64,000 nt of DNA from an uncultured Pelagibacteraceae bacterium. Lineage in GTDB: Bacteria; Pseudomonadota; Alphaproteobacteria; Pelagibacterales; Pelagibacteraceae. The translations under genes were made by a program, and so were the position numbers. The notes beneath the pieces were generated by a model, which was not told where the DNA came from, did no database searches, and saw nothing but the letters and a program-made list of their open reading frames with translations. Positions within the stretch are counted from its first letter, which is position 1. Each line of letters starts with the position of its first letter. The stretch is taken from assembly GCA_902604525.1 (NCBI GenBank), contig CACKYY010000001.1, positions 29,787-93,786 on the forward strand, written 5' to 3'. Positions 61,720 to 64,000 of the stretch are shown here, in pieces.

Positions 61720-62940
61720 ATGAAAAAAAAATCAAAAAAATCAAAAAAATCAAAAAAATCAAAAAGACTAAAAAAACCAAAAAAAATTAAAAGAAAGGTT
61801 AAACTTAAAAATATCAGAAATACTAAAACATTAAGAAAAAAAGTAAAAAAAAATAATTCTAAAATTAAAAAAAAATTAAAAAAAAATAAAGTCAAGAGTT
61901 ATAAAAAAGTTAAAAAATCTATCCCTGTCAAAGTAAAAAAAGAATATAGTTTTATTTTAAAACTAATTAATTTTCAAAATTTACTTAAGCCTAAATTTAA
62001 AATAAAATTAAATTTAAATTTTGAAAAATATATTCAAGGTTTTTTTGATAAAATTGCTAATACTATCCATCAGTACAGAGTAATTAAAAAAGATGAAGCC
62101 AGAAGAATAAAAGTAGAAAAACAAGAAAACGAAAGACTAGAAAAAATTAGGAGAGCAGAGGAAAAACAAAAACAAGAAGACTTAAAATTTAAATTAAAAG
62201 AAGAGACATTAAAAGAAGAAATCAAAATTGAAAAACAAAGAACGAAAGACATAAAATTATTTTTACGAAAAGAGCAAGCATTATTAAGAATTGAACAGGC
62301 TGAGAAACAAAAACAATTTTTACAAAAATTAAAATTAGATAAACAAATTGAAAAATTTAGAGTAAGAGAAGTTAAAGAATTAGAAAAACTCGAAAAAATT
62401 TCCTTAAAAGAGAGAAGGGAGGATTATGCAGGTCTTCAACAAAGAATAGAAAAATTAAAAGAGAAATATCGAATAATAAGAGACCAAAAAATTAAGGAGA
62501 GGGTAGAGGCTCTAGGAGTAAAAATTCAAGGAGATGAAGATAGAGAAACGCTTCTTAAAAAAGAAAAAGAATACACAATAGCCAGACAAAAAATAGAATT
62601 TTCTTTGGAAAGTTTTTACAGAAGTGCAAGTAGTTTAGTTTTCCAATTAAACAAAAGACACGTAACAAGACATATGTCGATTTTCAGATGTATTGATAGA
62701 AGATTTGAGACAGGTGAGATTTTTGTTAAATGGGATGAAGCTGATGATGATGAATGGTTATTATTGATATACATTAAAAATAATTCACCAGACGAAGGTA
62801 TAGTGATTGAAGACAAAACAAATCCTGAAAAAAATATTTCTCATGAATTCAAAAATAATGAAATTTTTAAGGCTTCAGACACCATGGTAGACTCTTTAAC
62901 TCATCTAATAGCCAGAAAAAGAGCCAAAAATGGCAATTAA
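61720..62940 (+). CDS. Hypothetical protein with a Lys-rich N-terminal tail, long coiled coil and globular C-terminal domain
   Basis: Long ORF (track start TTG 61696, ATG at 61720); KKS repeats, E/K/R-rich heptads, aromatic-rich C-terminus. Confidence 0.75.
   Translation: MKKKSKKSKKSKKSKRLKKPKKIKRKVKLKNIRNTKTLRKKVKKNNSKIKKKLKKNKVKSYKKVKKSIPVKVKKEYSFILKLINFQNLLKPKFKIKLNLNFEKYIQGFFDKIANTIHQYRVIKKDEARRIKVEKQENERLEKIRRAEEKQKQEDLKFKLKEETLKEEIKIEKQRTKDIKLFLRKEQALLRIEQAEKQKQFLQKLKLDKQIEKFRVREVKELEKLEKISLKERREDYAGLQQRIEKLKEKYRIIRDQKIKERVEALGVKIQGDEDRETLLKKEKEYTIARQKIEFSLESFYRSASSLVFQLNKRHVTRHMSIFRCIDRRFETGEIFVKWDEADDDEWLLLIYIKNNSPDEGIVIEDKTNPEKNISHEFKNNEIFKASDTMVDSLTHLIARKRAKNGN
61726..61761 (+). 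repeat. In-frame 9-bp tandem repeat (AAAAAATCA)x4 encoding KKS
   Basis: Read directly from the sequence; followed by degenerate copies AAAAGACTA, AAAAAACCA, AAAAAAATT. Confidence 0.9.
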
Positions 62941-62970
62941 TAGAAATAAATACATTTGGTAGTATTAATA

Positions 62971-63264
62971 ATGCTTTTTGGAATTATTTTAATGGTTACT
63001 CTGTTCATAATTTTAACTTACGTTCTTTCATGGATAAGGTATTTTAATAGTCTGGATCCTAGACTAGGTCAATCAACTTGGCGGTGGAGTTATGACTATC
63101 CTGTAATTGGAGTAAGAGATTTTTCAGATTTAGATGATAGAGAGTTTGTTAAGTTAAGAAGAAAAAGAAATAGAATAATAACATTAATGTACTCAATTGT
63201 ATTAATAATGTTTATGATTTCAATGTCATTACTAAGCGAAATAATGATATTTTTTTTAGCTTAG
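62971..63264 (+). CDS. Small two-TM hypothetical membrane protein
   Basis: Hydrophobic N- and C-terminal helices around the loop DPRLGQSTWRWSYDYP; ATG 62971 preferred over TTG 62956. Confidence 0.6.
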   Translation: MLFGIILMVTLFIILTYVLSWIRYFNSLDPRLGQSTWRWSYDYPVIGVRDFSDLDDREFVKLRRKRNRIITLMYSIVLIMFMISMSLLSEIMIFFLA

Positions 63265-63608
63265 TTTTTCAATTGCTTCTTATTTTTGAGATATAGAAAA
63301 TAAGCTACAATTTCATATGCATAATTAAAAATTGTAAAAATTATTGGAAGTTTAAAAAATTTATATAAAAATCTATATTTAGGTATTTTCTGCCAAACAT
63401 ACAAAAAAGCTTCAGCTCCCTCTAAAACTTTATCATTATCTTTTACATGTAATCGTCTTAAGAGCTGCCTGTCATCTTTATTTGTCTCTTTTTTTGCTAG
63501 TTCATTATTGGTTATATCGATCCAATCTATCTGTTTTATTTTTTCTTTTTTATATAAATTGATTTCAGATCTACAAATTTTACAAGAATTGTTGAAATAA
63601 ACTTTCAT
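63261..63608 (-). CDS. DCC1-like / DUF393 thiol-disulfide oxidoreductase
   Basis: YFNNSCKIC (CxxC), WIDIT, RLHV, GAEAF; start MKVYF at 63608. Confidence 0.8.
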   Translation of the reverse strand: MKVYFNNSCKICRSEINLYKKEKIKQIDWIDITNNELAKKETNKDDRQLLRRLHVKDNDKVLEGAEAFLYVWQKIPKYRFLYKFFKLPIIFTIFNYAYEIVAYFLYLKNKKQLKN

Positions 63609-63693
63609 ATAACAATAGTTATCCTTTAACAGATTTTTGTACATGTGTAAAAAGAGCAGTTGAAAAGAGAATATAAACCTTTATGTAACTCCT

Positions 63694-64000
63694 ATGAGTA
63701 ATTTCTTTGATAAATCAGATTTGGCAAGAAAAGATGCTGAAAATATAGTATCAGATACTTTAAAAAATTGCGATGATGGAGAACTGTATTTGGAGGACTC
63801 AAAGTCAGAGTCAATTATCTTAGATGATAATAAGATTAAGAGTTCAAACTATAGTTCTGATTTAGGCTTTGGATTTAGAGCAGTATCTGATGAAGTAGTC
63901 GCTTATTCTTATTCAAACGAAATATCAAAAGACTCCCTAAAAAGTTCATCAGAAAATCTTCAGTCAACTCTTAAATCAGTCAAAGGCACTTATAATAACG
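63694..64000 (+). CDS. tldD: Metalloprotease TldD, 3'-truncated by the window edge (absent from the ORF track)
   Basis: Manual translation MSNFFDKSDLARKDAENIVSDTLKNCDDGELYLEDSKSESIILDDNKIKSSNYSSDLGFGFRAVSDEVVAYSYSN; DDGELYLE and GFGFRAV are typical of the TldD N-terminus. Confidence 0.85.
   Translation, partial: MSNFFDKSDLARKDAENIVSDTLKNCDDGELYLEDSKSESIILDDNKIKSSNYSSDLGFGFRAVSDEVVAYSYSNEISKDSLKSSSENLQSTLKSVKGTYNN

Noticed and set aside
61726-61790. Tandem repeat as a CRISPR array or phase-variation switch
   Set aside because: The unit is 9 bp, in frame and has no spacers; copy-number change would not shift the frame

Overview
An AT-rich, extremely gene-dense stretch of alphaproteobacterial chromosome. 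Gene order, protein sequences and near-zero intergenic spacing point to SAR11 / Candidatus Pelagibacter (inference). It is almost entirely core housekeeping. Left part: sucB(partial)-lpdA-priA, F1 ATP synthase atpHAGDC, rplU-rpmA-obgE-proB-proA-nadD-rsfS-ctpA-rppH, metX-metW-gloB behind a clear SAM-II riboswitch, hisC-tyrA, trkH-ampG-NlpC/P60, class I lysS-pyrD, rpmB-yhhQ. Middle: a four-gene polyamine operon (ODC-fold decarboxylase, deoxyhypusine-synthase-like enzyme, aguB, aguA), regA, bioY, polA, chvI-chvG, ahcY-tsaE-amgK-murU, gpmA, and an msrA-sseA-MFP-RND operon. Right part: a purine/nucleoside BMP-ABC transporter next to a phosphoribosyltransferase, ibpA with a ROSE-like thermometer, ptrB, cfa, a lysine-rich orphan protein and the start of tldD. 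I saw no tRNA, rRNA, CRISPR array, IS element or prophage. Three core genes (priA, proA, tyrA) are split by single-base homopolymer frameshifts, most likely sequencing errors. Best leads: (1) the polyamine operon, which may make homospermidine by an ADC -> DHS-like -> AguA/AguB route and has a U-rich attenuator-like leader; (2) an RND adaptor that lacks the alpha-helical hairpin, in an operon with sulfur-handling genes; (3) a SAM-II aptamer followed by a U8 tract instead of an SD; (4) a ROSE-like thermometer on ibpA; (5) the KKS-repeat orphan protein. All product calls come from motif recognition and synteny, not from database searches.
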